NCBI GenBank assembly: GCA_965223845.1
Contig: CBDCXR010000004.1
Coordinates: 6,464,001 to 6,528,000 of the forward strand
DNA length: 64,000 nucleotides
From: Planctomycetota bacterium
GTDB lineage: Bacteria > Planctomycetota > UBA8108 > SXIK01
Direction: 5' to 3'
Position 1 is the stretch's first letter; each line of letters starts with the position of its first letter. Of the stretch, positions 29,720 to 40,044 are shown piece after piece. The position numbers and the translations under genes were made by a program. Under the pieces are notes generated by a model. That model was not told the DNA's origin, searched no databases, and worked only from the letters and a program-made list of their open reading frames with translations.

Positions 29720-32700
29720 TCAGCGCGGGCGAAACAGCCCGTGCTTCTTCAGGCGCGAAACGAGCGAGTTGCGATTCCGAACTCCCGCCCGCCGCGCGGC
29801 CTCTGAGAGATTCCCTCCCGCGCCTTCGACGAGTTCCTCGAGGAAGCGTCGCTCCGCCGCGCGGCAGAGCGCATCGAACTCGCCGAGTGACATCGTCGCG
29901 GGGTCCGTAGCGAAGAGCTGCGCCCGCGCGTCCGCCGCTCCGGGGGCGTTCGAGCTCGAGTCTCGGTTCTCTCCGCTCACTTGCTTCGCGAGCCGGCCGA
30001 TCGTCGTCGCTCGTGCGGAAGTCGCGTCGCCTCCCGGTATCTCCCCGAGCGACGCGCGATCGATCTGCGAGCCCTCCCCGAGGATGACCGCGCTCTCGAT
30101 CGTGTGCTCGAGCTCGCGAACGTTTCCGCGCCAAGGGCGTGCGACAAGCTCCCGCATCGCGTCTTCGGTGATGTCGTTGACGACTCGTCCGTACTTTTCG
30201 CTCGCTCGATGGACGAAGTGCCGCGCGAGGAGTGGAATGTCCTCGATGCGGTCGCGAAGAGGCGGGATCTCTACTCGGACGACGTTCAGGCGATAGTAGA
30301 GGTCTTCGCGAAACGTTCCTTCCGCGACGGCCGCAGCGAGATCGATGTTCGATGCGGCCACGACGCGAACGTCGATTTTCCGCATGCGATTCTCGCCGAG
30401 GCGACGGATCTCTCCTTCTTGGAGGACGCGGAGGAGTTTCGCCTGAAGATCGAGGCTCGTGTTCGAGATCTCGTCGAGGAAGATCGTTCCGCCGTCCGCC
30501 TCCTGAAAGAGTCCCGCGCGCGCATGGATCGCGCCGGAAAACGCCCCGCGTTCGTGCCCGAAGAGCTCGCTCTCGAGGAGCGAACCCGGAAGTGCGCCGC
30601 AGTCGACGGCGACGAACGGCCGCTGACTCCGCTCGCTCGCGTAGTGGATGGCGCGCGCGACGACCTCTTTTCCCGTCCCCGTCTCGCCCGCGATGAGAAC
30701 GCCCGCGTCGGTGCGCGCGACCTTCTCGAGGACGTCGAACAGTCGCTGCATCGACGCGCTGCGGCCGATGAGCTGCTGGAATTCGTAGCGGTCTTCGACT
30801 TCCCGTTGGAGCCGGCGGTTCTCTTCCTGAAGCTGCTCGAGCAGACGCGCGTTCTCGACCGCGATCGCCGCGAGCTGAGCGAAGGAGACGAGGTAGTCGA
30901 GATCGTCGCGATCGAATCGCACGGCTCCGCGCCCGTCGACGTAGATCGCCCCGATCACCTCGTCGCGCCGTGCGAGCGGCACGCACATGAGCGTGTGAAT
31001 CTGAAGCGATTTGATGCTCTGCCGCTCGCGGAACCGCTCATCGGCCGCCGCGTCCGTCGCGAGGACGGGACCGCCGCCCTCGGTGACGTCGCGAAGAACG
31101 CTCCGGCAGATGTCGGTCGCGTCTTCGACCGACTCGGCGGCCATGCCGCGCGCGGCGCGCGTGAGGAATTGTCCGTCGCGTTCCTTGAGAAGCACGAGTC
31201 CCTTCTCCGCGTGTGTCGTTTCGATCGCGACCTGAAGAACGTGGTCGAGGAGCGGATCGAGCTCGCGGAACGAGTGCATCCCGGCGGCGAGGCGGTGGAA
31301 GGAGCGCTCGCGACGCCGCGCCTCGCGGCGGGTCCGAGCGGCGGAGTCGCGGTGGCGCCCGTCGATTTCACGATGGAGCGCGTGGTGTTCGAGGAATTTC
31401 GTTCGCAGCTCGGGATCGTCGAAGTCATCGGCCGTTCGGCGAAGGTGTACGTAGGCTCGGCGGAGAGCGTCGTCCGCTTCTTCTTCTCGAACTTCGACAT
31501 CGCCGGGAGTACCGGAGCGGCGTGCGTCGCGCAGCGCTTCGAGCGCACATCGTCGCTCCCACCAGATCGAAGCGGCGAGGGCGCACCGCCCGCCGCGTTC
31601 AAGCGTCTTGGTGGCTTCACATGTCACGCGCTCGGCCGCGGCAGCGTCACCGCGTGCTCGTTCGAGCTTCGCGCGGAGAAGTGCGAGCTCGAGCTCGCGG
31701 ATGCGGTGCGGAGCGGCACCGAGAAGCTCGCCCAGTTCCGCCATCGTCTGAGCCGCCGAGTCGAGCTCTTCCGCCGCGAGCTGGAACTCCGCTTCGGCGA
31801 GAAGCACGGTGATCCGCGGCGATGGTGACCCCGCTCGCTCGGCGAGCTCACGCGCACGGGAGAGCGCAAGACTCGCCGCGGGTGTACCGTCCGCGAGCCC
31901 GTCGATCCGCGCGAGCCGAACGAGATTCGCGCTCTCGGACGCCGCGTTGCCGTAGCGTTGCGCCATCTCGAGTGCGTCTTCGAGCAGGGGACGCGCCCGC
32001 TCCGGATTCCCAATCAGCATCCAGACGTTCGCGAGATTGCCGCAGTCCGCGCCCGCGCCGCGTTCGTCCCCGAGCTGGCGACGGAGGTCGAGCGCCCGCG
32101 ATATCGAGCGGAGCGCGAGCTCGTAGCGGCCCATATCGCAGTAGACGAGGCCGAGGTTGAGCGCGTTGATCGCCTCGCCGCGCCGGAGGCCGATCGCACG
32201 GAAGATCCGGAGCGACGCCTCGAAGCGTTCCTCCGCAGCTTCGAGATCGCCGCGTTCGAGGTGGATGAGCCCGAGGTTCGATTCGAGCGATGCGACGTGG
32301 TGGCGCTGGCCGAGATCGCGTCGGATCGCCGCCGCCCGGTGCATTTCCCGAAGCGCTCCCGGCGGATCGCCGCGAAGATAGTTGCCGAGTCCCAGGAGTT
32401 GACGACACTCGGCCTCCTGCGCGCGGTCGGCGGCCGCTGCCGCTAGGGCGAGTGCCGCATCGAGACGACGGAAGCCGTCGTCGAACTCCGAGCGGTAGAA
32501 AGAAATCAGCGCCGCGCGCGCGAGCACCGGCGCGCGGCTCGGTGCGTCTGGTGGGAGGGCGCGATCGGCCGCGTCGAGTCGCGCGAGCGCCGCGCCGCGA
32601 TCTCCCTGCGCTTCGAGAAGAGCCGCTTCCGCGAGCGCCGCGCGTCGGGTGAGCTCGGGATCGGCGAGTGCGCCCGCAAGACGCGTGAGTTCCGCGGCGG

Positions 32701-34972
32701 CGCGGGCCTCTTCTTCGCGGCGGCCGAGGTGTTTTTCGACCTCGACGAAAGCGGCGAGGATCTCGGCACGCTCGCGCTCGCCGCTGCTCAGCTCGAGCGC
32801 GCGCAACCACGCGGTCTCCGCTTCGCGCAGAGCTCCGGCGGCTTGCGCCCGCCGGGCTGCTTCGACTAGGTGCGAGCGCGCTTTTTCGGGGCTCTGCGAG
32901 CGGTAGAGATGTTCCGCGAGTGCTCTCTCGCGCGACTCGTAGTGTTCGAGGTTCGCGATCCACCGGGCGAGCGTCGTGTGAGCTTCCCGCCGGATCGATT
33001 CGGAGAGCCGTGCGTAGGCGACTGCGCGCGTCACCGAGTGCGCAAAGCGGTAACGAGTCCCCTGCAGTTTCAGCAGGCCGTCTCGCGCGAGACCCGAGAG
33101 GGTCGCGACGCAATCTCGCGATGCCCCGAGATCGAGAAGCTCGTTCGCTTCGAGCGGAGAGTCGGCGACGGCGATCCACCGGAGGGCTTCGTCTTCGTGC
33201 GTGGACCGATCGCGCAGGCGGCGCGTGACGGCTTCCTCGATCGAGCGTGGGATCGACGCGGCGGGGCCGAAGTCGATGTCCCACCCCACGTCCGTTCTGC
33301 GGATGGAACCCGCGCGAGCGCGCTCGGCGATGAACTCTTCGACGAAGAAGAGGTTCCCGCCGGTCGCGGCGTGAAGCTCGCGTGCGATTTCGGCGAGACC
33401 GTCCGTCCCGGCGAAAGCCTTCTCGAGGTATGCCTCGATCGCTGAGGAGTCGATCCCTCCGAGTGCGAGAGTCTCGAGAGGAACGGGGGACGAGGCACTC
33501 GATCCGATGCGGTCGCAGATCTCTCGTTCGGAAGCGGATTCGTCGCGGCACGCCATGAGGAGAGATAGATCGAGCGGCGGCGCGGTCTCTGCGCCGATCC
33601 ACCGGAGAAACATCTCGAGGACGTCCACACTGAGCGAGTCGGCGTGCTCGAGCGCATCGATCGCGATCGACGGAGTCTTCTCTCCGCCCGGCGTGCCGTC
33701 GGTCGACGCGTCGCCCAGGAGCCGCGTGAGGTCCGCGATCCACGCGGCGAGAACGGCATCGACGACTGCTTCGCGCTCGGGCGGATGGGCGACCGCGTCG
33801 CCGCGTTCGAGCTCGTCGAGGACGCGAGGAGTACGAAGCTCGATCGGAGGAAGGCCGGAGCTCCGCTCGAGTCGCAACCGATGGACGAGATCACGGAGAA
33901 GCCCTCCGGGTCGAGCGTCTCGCTCCGTCCAGTGGAGCCAAAACCGCGCGCCGGCGGTCTTCCGGCGAGCGTCGAGTTCGCTGAGGAGGCGACTCTTCCC
34001 GATCCCGGTCGCTCCGTGAACGAGGGTCACGCACGGCGCGCCATCTCCCGCCGCGTCGATCCGAGATTCGAGTCGCTGCACGATCGAATCCCGACCCACG
34101 AGCCGAGCGCCGAGGGCGGGGAGCTCCGGCTCGCCCGCGTCGAGGCGCGGGAACGCAGCCCGGAGGCCGTCGAGGACGGCGCGCGCCGTGCGCGGTCGGT
34201 CGCGCGGATCGACCGCGAGAAGCGGTGGCACGATGCGGTTCCACGGGTCGGCGAAGCGGTCTCCGTCCGGCGGTGGTTCCGACAGTCGAGCGCCCGCGAT
34301 TCCGCCCGGACGGTCGACGTGCGGCGGCTTTCCGGTGAGGGTTTCGCAGAGAACGCAGCCGAGACCGTAGAGGTCGGTCGCGGGAGTCGGGGGTTCGCCG
34401 CGCAAAGTCTCCGGGGCGATGTACTCGAGCGTGCCGGAGATGTCTTCGTCGGCCGCGCTCGAGGAGCGAGCGAGGCCGAAATCGATCAGCTTCGTCGTGA
34501 CCTCGCCCGCGTCGGTAGCGACGAGAATGTGAGACGGCTTCAGGTCGAGATGGAGCACGCCGCGTGAATGAAGATAGTCGAGAGTCGCGAGGACCTGTGC
34601 GGCGAGCTTCTCGAGCGGAGCGCCGCGCGCGACCGCCGTCGTCAGATCGACTCCCCGCGCGAGCTCCATGGTGAAGAACGAGCGGCCACCCGGAAGACGG
34701 CGAAAGTCGAAGGGCCGGACGAGTCCCGGATGATGGTCGTGCGCAGCGAGAAGCAGGAACTCAGGGGACGACGAGGAGTCGTCGACGATCTTCAGCGCGA
34801 CGTCTGCGCCGCGAACCGCGTCTCGGGCGCGGTAGACCGTCCCGGAGCCCCCCGACCCGAGCTCCGCGCGGATCTCGTAGCGAGCGGGCAGATCTGCGGC
34901 TGGGTCCGGAGGGGTGGCGGGACTCTCCTTCGGCGCGGGGGACTCGGGCTGGCGACGTCGCATGACGTCCAT
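29720..34972 (-). CDS. Ser/Thr kinase + STAND-type ATPase + TPR + GAF + sigma54-interaction AAA+ + Fis-HTH regulator
   Basis: LGSGGSGTVY, VALKI, HLDLKPSH, DFGLA, YIAPE; GATGIGKS; TPR repeats; GAF (LMCVPL..GAIYVD); GETGTGKE, ESELFGHERGAFSGA, FLDEI, FREDLYYRLNV, WRGNVREL; GNLSEAARRAGV. Confidence 0.95.
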   Translation of the reverse strand: MDVMRRRQPESPAPKESPATPPDPAADLPARYEIRAELGSGGSGTVYRARDAVRGADVALKIVDDSSSSPEFLLLAAHDHHPGLVRPFDFRRLPGGRSFFTMELARGVDLTTAVARGAPLEKLAAQVLATLDYLHSRGVLHLDLKPSHILVATDAGEVTTKLIDFGLARSSSAADEDISGTLEYIAPETLRGEPPTPATDLYGLGCVLCETLTGKPPHVDRPGGIAGARLSEPPPDGDRFADPWNRIVPPLLAVDPRDRPRTARAVLDGLRAAFPRLDAGEPELPALGARLVGRDSIVQRLESRIDAAGDGAPCVTLVHGATGIGKSRLLSELDARRKTAGARFWLHWTERDARPGGLLRDLVHRLRLERSSGLPPIELRTPRVLDELERGDAVAHPPEREAVVDAVLAAWIADLTRLLGDASTDGTPGGEKTPSIAIDALEHADSLSVDVLEMFLRWIGAETAPPLDLSLLMACRDESASEREICDRIGSSASSPVPLETLALGGIDSSAIEAYLEKAFAGTDGLAEIARELHAATGGNLFFVEEFIAERARAGSIRRTDVGWDIDFGPAASIPRSIEEAVTRRLRDRSTHEDEALRWIAVADSPLEANELLDLGASRDCVATLSGLARDGLLKLQGTRYRFAHSVTRAVAYARLSESIRREAHTTLARWIANLEHYESRERALAEHLYRSQSPEKARSHLVEAARRAQAAGALREAETAWLRALELSSGERERAEILAAFVEVEKHLGRREEEARAAAELTRLAGALADPELTRRAALAEAALLEAQGDRGAALARLDAADRALPPDAPSRAPVLARAALISFYRSEFDDGFRRLDAALALAAAAADRAQEAECRQLLGLGNYLRGDPPGALREMHRAAAIRRDLGQRHHVASLESNLGLIHLERGDLEAAEERFEASLRIFRAIGLRRGEAINALNLGLVYCDMGRYELALRSISRALDLRRQLGDERGAGADCGNLANVWMLIGNPERARPLLEDALEMAQRYGNAASESANLVRLARIDGLADGTPAASLALSRARELAERAGSPSPRITVLLAEAEFQLAAEELDSAAQTMAELGELLGAAPHRIRELELALLRAKLERARGDAAAAERVTCEATKTLERGGRCALAASIWWERRCALEALRDARRSGTPGDVEVREEEADDALRRAYVHLRRTADDFDDPELRTKFLEHHALHREIDGRHRDSAARTRREARRRERSFHRLAAGMHSFRELDPLLDHVLQVAIETTHAEKGLVLLKERDGQFLTRAARGMAAESVEDATDICRSVLRDVTEGGGPVLATDAAADERFRERQSIKSLQIHTLMCVPLARRDEVIGAIYVDGRGAVRFDRDDLDYLVSFAQLAAIAVENARLLEQLQEENRRLQREVEDRYEFQQLIGRSASMQRLFDVLEKVARTDAGVLIAGETGTGKEVVARAIHYASERSQRPFVAVDCGALPGSLLESELFGHERGAFSGAIHARAGLFQEADGGTIFLDEISNTSLDLQAKLLRVLQEGEIRRLGENRMRKIDVRVVAASNIDLAAAVAEGTFREDLYYRLNVVRVEIPPLRDRIEDIPLLARHFVHRASEKYGRVVNDITEDAMRELVARPWRGNVRELEHTIESAVILGEGSQIDRASLGEIPGGDATSARATTIGRLAKQVSGENRDSSSNAPGAADARAQLFATDPATMSLGEFDALCRAAERRFLEELVEGAGGNLSEAARRAGVRNRNSLVSRLKKHGLFRPR

Positions 34973-35050
34973 CGTAGCACGTCACAAAGTCGTTGTGATC
35001 GGCGGGGCCAGCTTCCTAAGTCAATTCTCCGTTGACGATTACGATTCCGA

Positions 35051-35920
35051 CTACAGACGCCGGGCGCTGAATGTATCCCCGAGCGAGAGGTCGCCCGACT
35101 CGAACCCCCGGCGGAACCAACGGACGCGCTGCTCCGATGTCCCGTGGGTGAAGGTCTCGGGCGTGACGTAGCCGCGCGCCTGCTTTTGAAGTCGGTCGTC
35201 CCCGATCGCACTCGCGGCACGGAGCGCTTCCTCGAGGTCGCCGGGCTCGAGAATGTTCTTCGTCCGCTGAGCGTGGTGCGCCCACACCCCGGCGTAGAAG
35301 TCCGCTTGGAGCTCGAGGCGCACAGAGAGCTGGTTGTACTCCGCTTCGCTGATCCGCCCCTTCGCGCGATGGACTTCCGTCGACTTCCCGAGGAGGTTCT
35401 GAATGTGGTGACCGACTTCGTGCGCGATGACGTAGGCCTGCGCGAAGTCGCCCGGTGCGCCGTGCCGCTTCTTCAGATCGTTGTAGAAGCCGAGGTCGAT
35501 ATAGACCTTGCTGTCCGCACCGCAATAGAAGGGACCCATCGCCGCTTCGGCGAATCCGCACGCGGACTGGACTGCGTCCCGGAAGAGAACGAGCGTCGGC
35601 TCGCGGTACGGCTGACCGATCGACGGGAGGAGCCGGTTCCAAACGTCCTCGGTGTCGGCGAGGACGACCTTGACGAACTCGACCAGTCGCTCTTCTTCCG
35701 GCGAAGCTTCGAACGCGACCTCGCCACCGCCCGCGTTTCCGCCCGGCGCCCCGCCGCCGAGTTGCCCGAGGAACTGCGACGGGTCCTTCCCGAGCCACAC
35801 CGCGATGAGCGCGACGACGATCGCGCCGATGCCTCCGATTCCGGCCTTTACCTTACCGGGGACTCGTGCCCCGCGACGATCTTCGACGTTTTGACTCCGA
35901 CGGCGGCGTTCCCAGCGCAT
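35051..35920 (-). CDS. ypfJ: YpfJ-like neutral zinc metallopeptidase
   Basis: MRWE..SQNVEDRRG, GPFYC..D.KVYID, GDFAQAYVIAHEVGHHIQNLLG, LELQADFYAGVW, ETFTHGTSEQR. Confidence 0.93.
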   Translation of the reverse strand: MRWERRRRSQNVEDRRGARVPGKVKAGIGGIGAIVVALIAVWLGKDPSQFLGQLGGGAPGGNAGGGEVAFEASPEEERLVEFVKVVLADTEDVWNRLLPSIGQPYREPTLVLFRDAVQSACGFAEAAMGPFYCGADSKVYIDLGFYNDLKKRHGAPGDFAQAYVIAHEVGHHIQNLLGKSTEVHRAKGRISEAEYNQLSVRLELQADFYAGVWAHHAQRTKNILEPGDLEEALRAASAIGDDRLQKQARGYVTPETFTHGTSEQRVRWFRRGFESGDLSLGDTFSARRL

Positions 35921-36038
35921 GATTTCGTTCCTCGAGAAGTGACGCCCCGTTCGCCTCGCGACGACGAACTCGTCGCGTAAAATGGCCCTCGAACGTAGAC
36001 GAACCGCGAGCGACGATCCAGCGAAACCCGAGGCTTCG

Positions 36039-36698
36039 ATGTCGACCCCCTCCTCCCGTGACAACGAACCGCGCGATCCTTCCGGCGCTGCGCCTGGCGA
36101 TGCGACCGGCCTCGAGTGGATCGCGACTCGCCGGGTGACTCGAGTTTGGCATCACGTCATCGTCGTGCTCCTCATCGCGTTCTGGATCGTTCCGATCTCG
36201 ACACTCGGGGTCTTCGGTGGGGATTCATCGCGGAATCCCTATCTCAACCGAGTGCGTCACCTCTCGTGGTTGTTCACGGAGCGGACGGATCGCTGGTGGT
36301 CGTTCCACCTCGAGGCGAAGGCGGACGGCGAGTGGTTCGCGCTTCCGTACGAAGAGTTCGCTCCGATGAAAACGTTCGGACACATCTCGCGGCTCGATCT
36401 CCGCATCGAAACCATCGCGCAAATCCTGCTCGACCCGGCGCTGAGGGAGGTCCGCTCACTTGCCGAAGCGCAGCGAGACGAGATGGCCGAGTGGGCGCGC
36501 GACCGCTACGTGAAGCTCCACCCCGATCGACCGCCACCCACCGCGGTGCGGCTCGTCGGCACGTACTGGGACGTCAGCCATCCCGCTCTCCTCGAACCGG
36601 CGGGACCGTGGGTGCAGGTCGACTTCGATGAGGTTCCGCAGGAACGCAAATCGGTCTTCGGAGGAAAACGTTTCGGTCCGTCCGGAGCGGCGCGGTGA
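36039..36698 (+). CDS. Membrane-anchored hypothetical protein, probable partner (SdpA-like position) of the HTTM protein
   Basis: One N-terminal TM helix, SWLF motif, ends 4 bp before the HTTM gene start. Confidence 0.7.
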   Translation: MSTPSSRDNEPRDPSGAAPGDATGLEWIATRRVTRVWHHVIVVLLIAFWIVPISTLGVFGGDSSRNPYLNRVRHLSWLFTERTDRWWSFHLEAKADGEWFALPYEEFAPMKTFGHISRLDLRIETIAQILLDPALREVRSLAEAQRDEMAEWARDRYVKLHPDRPPPTAVRLVGTYWDVSHPALLEPAGPWVQVDFDEVPQERKSVFGGKRFGPSGAAR

Positions 36699-36702
36699 AA
36701 CG

Positions 36703-37677
36703 ATGATCGCACGAACTCTCCTTCGATCAGTTCGCGCCGGCTACATCTTTCTCTTCGGTCCCGTCGACCCGAGTCGACTCGCACTCTTCGCGCGTTTCTT
36801 CGCGCTCACGCTCCTCGTCTACGTCGCAGATCGCGCGCGCCATGCCTCCGAGTGGCTCACCGATGTGGGCTATCACACGCCCGCGGCGATCGAATTTCCA
36901 AATTATCCGCCGGGCTTGCCGCTCCTCCCGTCCTGGCTCGTCCCGTGGTTTCTCACGGTCTTTTTTGCCGCTGCCGGGGCGGTCGTTCTCGGTTTTCGTG
37001 CGCGCTGGCTTTTCGCACTCGTTTTCGCGTGCGTCTTTTACGTGACGTTCGCCGACACCGTGTCTGCGTTCACGCTCAACAATGTTTACCTCTTCGGCTT
37101 CGCGCTGCTCGCGCTCGCGCCGCGCCCGGTGAGGATCGATTTTCGCGGCGAGCTCCGAGAGTGGCAATCGGCGTGGACGCTCCGCATCCTGCAGGCGACG
37201 ATGCTCATCATGCTCTTCACCGCGGGTCTCGCCAAAGCCGTTCACGGCGACTGGATCCTTGTCGGGGGGCTCATCCAGAACGGCGAGTGGCAATTCGCGG
37301 GTTGGTTCGAGGGGACGGCGGACATCCTCCGCACGCAGGCGAGCGGCGTCTACCGAACGACGCTCGCGGCGTGGATGTTGCGCGAGCTCCCGCTCGGGGC
37401 ATGGGCCGCGATGCAGCACTCCGCGCTCCTCTTCGAGCTCCTCGCGCCGGTCCTCTTCCTCGTCCGTCGCCTGCGCCCGATCGGGTTCGCGTGGGCGATC
37501 GGCTTTCAGCTCATGATCGCGATCACGATGTACAAGGTCGGCTACTTCAACGTGCAGATGATCGTGTGGCTGATCGTATTCCTACCTGCGCGACTGACGC
37601 GGCGCGTGGAAGAAGCGCTGCCGCTCGGGCGACGGAGTTCAGCGCCGACTCACTCCTCGTCTCCGTCCTTCAGATAG
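36703..37677 (+). CDS. HTTM-domain (SdpB / vitamin-K carboxylase-like) membrane protein
   Basis: PVDPSRLALFAR, LGFRAR, WTLRILQ...LFTAGLAKA..DW, LLFELLAPVLF, multiple TM helices. Confidence 0.8.
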   Translation: MIARTLLRSVRAGYIFLFGPVDPSRLALFARFFALTLLVYVADRARHASEWLTDVGYHTPAAIEFPNYPPGLPLLPSWLVPWFLTVFFAAAGAVVLGFRARWLFALVFACVFYVTFADTVSAFTLNNVYLFGFALLALAPRPVRIDFRGELREWQSAWTLRILQATMLIMLFTAGLAKAVHGDWILVGGLIQNGEWQFAGWFEGTADILRTQASGVYRTTLAAWMLRELPLGAWAAMQHSALLFELLAPVLFLVRRLRPIGFAWAIGFQLMIAITMYKVGYFNVQMIVWLIVFLPARLTRRVEEALPLGRRSSAPTHSSSPSFR

Positions 37678-38354
37678 GAGAGGAAGAGATAGTCTGTCGC
37701 CTGCGCCTTCGCGTGGCAGTTCTTGCAGTTCTCGATGCGACCCCGCTCGGCCCCGGTTTCCTCTCCGGCGTAGACGTACTCCCAATCGCCGCCGCCCGGA
37801 TCGTATCCGGCTTCGCGCTTGACCATGGCGCCGAGACCTCGCAGCGTGAAATAGGGCTCAGGTTCATTCTCAGGATCTTTTTCCCGACCGAGATCGCTGA
37901 CGCTGAAAGGGGCGCTCAGCTTCTCCTTCACGATGATCGCTCCCACCGGGAGCGAAGCCTCGTTCTTCGCTAGGGCGGAGGCCGCGAGGTCGTTCGCGAA
38001 GTGTCGGATGGCCGGCTCGACGTGCGGTCCGCGCCGCTCCATCTCTTCCATGGCTCCGAACGGCAGGGCGCAGAGAAAATAGAACGACGGATCGACCGGG
38101 TAGGGATTGTCGCTCAGGCGCTTCCAGTTCTCGTAGCCCTCGAGTTCCGGTAGGCCCGTGAGGAGAGCCGTACGAAGCGACTCGTCGACGCCCCGCAAAT
38201 CCGTCGCATCGGCGGGTGTCCGAGGCCGGGAGATCCCCACATTCGCCGCGTCCTGCGTGCCGGGAGACTCGAGTGGAGCCGGGGAAGGCTGGCAGGCGAC
38301 CGGCAGCAGTAGGAGACCCAAGACGATTCGATGGATTCGGCGTGGATCGTTCAT
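37650..38354 (-). CDS. Cytochrome P460-family lipoprotein
   Basis: Lipobox PVAC; GYENWK, LPVGAIIVKEK, AMVKREAGYDPGGGDWEY, C-terminal CKNCH..DYLF. Confidence 0.85.
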   Translation of the reverse strand: MNDPRRIHRIVLGLLLLPVACQPSPAPLESPGTQDAANVGISRPRTPADATDLRGVDESLRTALLTGLPELEGYENWKRLSDNPYPVDPSFYFLCALPFGAMEEMERRGPHVEPAIRHFANDLAASALAKNEASLPVGAIIVKEKLSAPFSVSDLGREKDPENEPEPYFTLRGLGAMVKREAGYDPGGGDWEYVYAGEETGAERGRIENCKNCHAKAQATDYLFLSYLKDGDEE

Positions 38355-38595
38355 GGTTCGTCTCGCGAAGTAAACCTCACCGGGGAATCGGTCCTTCCTA
38401 TCGGGTTCACGCTTCCCCACACGATACCGCGTCTCTTCGCCAGTTGAGTAACATGCGTGTCACAAGGTTCGCGAGGACAGAGATGATCTTCGCTTTCCGA
38501 TGTCGCTCCTCACTGCGCGCCGTCTCTCGGTTAAGATGCGCTCTCCCTTGAGCTCGCGTCGTCGACCGTCACCGAGATTCCCCGGGAGAGCCCCG

Positions 38596-40044
38596 ATGAA
38601 GCAACCTACGACTCGTTCTCGTCCCGACTCCGAACGCCCTTCGCCTTCGATTTCCCGCCGCAGCGTTCTCCGCGGCGCCGCGGCACTCGGTGCCGCCAGC
38701 TTCGTACCGCGCTCCGTCCTCGGCGGCGCCGGTGTTACGCCGCCGAGCGAGCGCCTCAACATCGCGGTGATCGGGACCGGCGGGCGCGGGAAGCGGCTCA
38801 CGAACGGCTTTCTGCGCCAAGCGGACGTTCGCGTCGTCGCGATCGCCGATCCAGTCGAGCGCGAGGACTACAGTCGTTTCTACTACCGCGGCAGCTCGGG
38901 TCGGCTGAACGTGAAGGAGATGATCGAGAAGCACTACGGCGAAGTTTCCGGCGGGACCGGCGGCGGACCCGCGCGCTGCGCAGACTACGAGGACTACCGC
39001 GAGCTTCTCGAAAAAGAGAAATCCATCGACGCGATCGTCATCGCGACGCCCGATCACGTGCACGCCTTCGCCTCTCTCGCGGCGATCGGACTCGGGAAGC
39101 ACGTCTACTGCGAGAAGCCGCTCACTCACACCGTCGAGGAAGCGCGCCGTGTTGTCGAGGCGGCGAGAAAGGCGAACGTCGCGACCCAGATGGGGAACCA
39201 GGGGAACTCCGGCGAGGGAATCCGTTCGACCTGCGAGTGGATCTGGGACGGCGCGATCGGCGAGGTGCGCGAGGTTCACGCGTGGAGCGACGCCGCGGGA
39301 TGGCCGCGCGGTCGCACGGCGCGACCCGAAGACACGCCTCCGGTCCCGAAGGGGATGAACTGGGATCTCTGGCTCGGCCCGATCAAGCACCGGCCGTACC
39401 ACCCCGCGTACGCTCCGTACGACTGGCGCGGGTGGTGGGCGTTCGGGACGGGCGCAGTCGGAGACATGGGCTGCCACAACATGGATCCGGCCTTCGCGGC
39501 GCTCAAGCTGAAGTACCCCGATTCGATCGAAGCGAGCTCGACTCCGATCAACGGTGAGACCGTGCCGCACGCGTCGATCATCCACTTCACGTTTCCCGCG
39601 CGCGGCGAGCTCCCGCCGGTGAAGCTCACGTGGTACGACGGCGGATTGAAGCCGAAGCGACCCGAAGAGTTCGCGCCGAGCGATCAGTTCGACGGGAACG
39701 GGATCCTCTTCGTCGGGAGCAAGGGAAAGCTCCTCTGCGACGGCTGGAGCCGCAATCCGCGGCTTCTTCCCGAGGCTCGCAACAAGGACTACGAGCGTCC
39801 GAAGAAAACGCTCCCGCGCGTCAGCGCTCACGACCGCGCGTGGCTCGATGCCTGTAAGGGCGGTCCCGCCGCGAGCTCGAACTTCGAGAACGCGGGTCCG
39901 CTCGCCGAGCTCGTCCTCCTCGGGAACGTCGCTCAGCGCGTTCGCCAAAAGATCTACTGGGACGGCGAACAGCTGCGCGCGAAGAACTGCCCGGAGGCGG
40001 AGCAATACATCCGTTGCGAGTATCGGGACGGGTGGGTGCTCTAG
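38596..40044 (+). CDS. Tat-exported Gfo/Idh/MocA oxidoreductase
   Basis: SRRSVL Tat motif; IGTGGRG, IATPDHVH, HVYCEKPL, TQMGNQ, WDLWLGP, GDMGCH. Confidence 0.95.
   Translation: MKQPTTRSRPDSERPSPSISRRSVLRGAAALGAASFVPRSVLGGAGVTPPSERLNIAVIGTGGRGKRLTNGFLRQADVRVVAIADPVEREDYSRFYYRGSSGRLNVKEMIEKHYGEVSGGTGGGPARCADYEDYRELLEKEKSIDAIVIATPDHVHAFASLAAIGLGKHVYCEKPLTHTVEEARRVVEAARKANVATQMGNQGNSGEGIRSTCEWIWDGAIGEVREVHAWSDAAGWPRGRTARPEDTPPVPKGMNWDLWLGPIKHRPYHPAYAPYDWRGWWAFGTGAVGDMGCHNMDPAFAALKLKYPDSIEASSTPINGETVPHASIIHFTFPARGELPPVKLTWYDGGLKPKRPEEFAPSDQFDGNGILFVGSKGKLLCDGWSRNPRLLPEARNKDYERPKKTLPRVSAHDRAWLDACKGGPAASSNFENAGPLAELVLLGNVAQRVRQKIYWDGEQLRAKNCPEAEQYIRCEYRDGWVL

Noticed and set aside
29981-33743. Long ORFs 29981-31828(+) and 31848-33743(-)
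   Set aside because: Shadow/alternate frames of the motif-rich 1750-aa regulator; no motifs of their own
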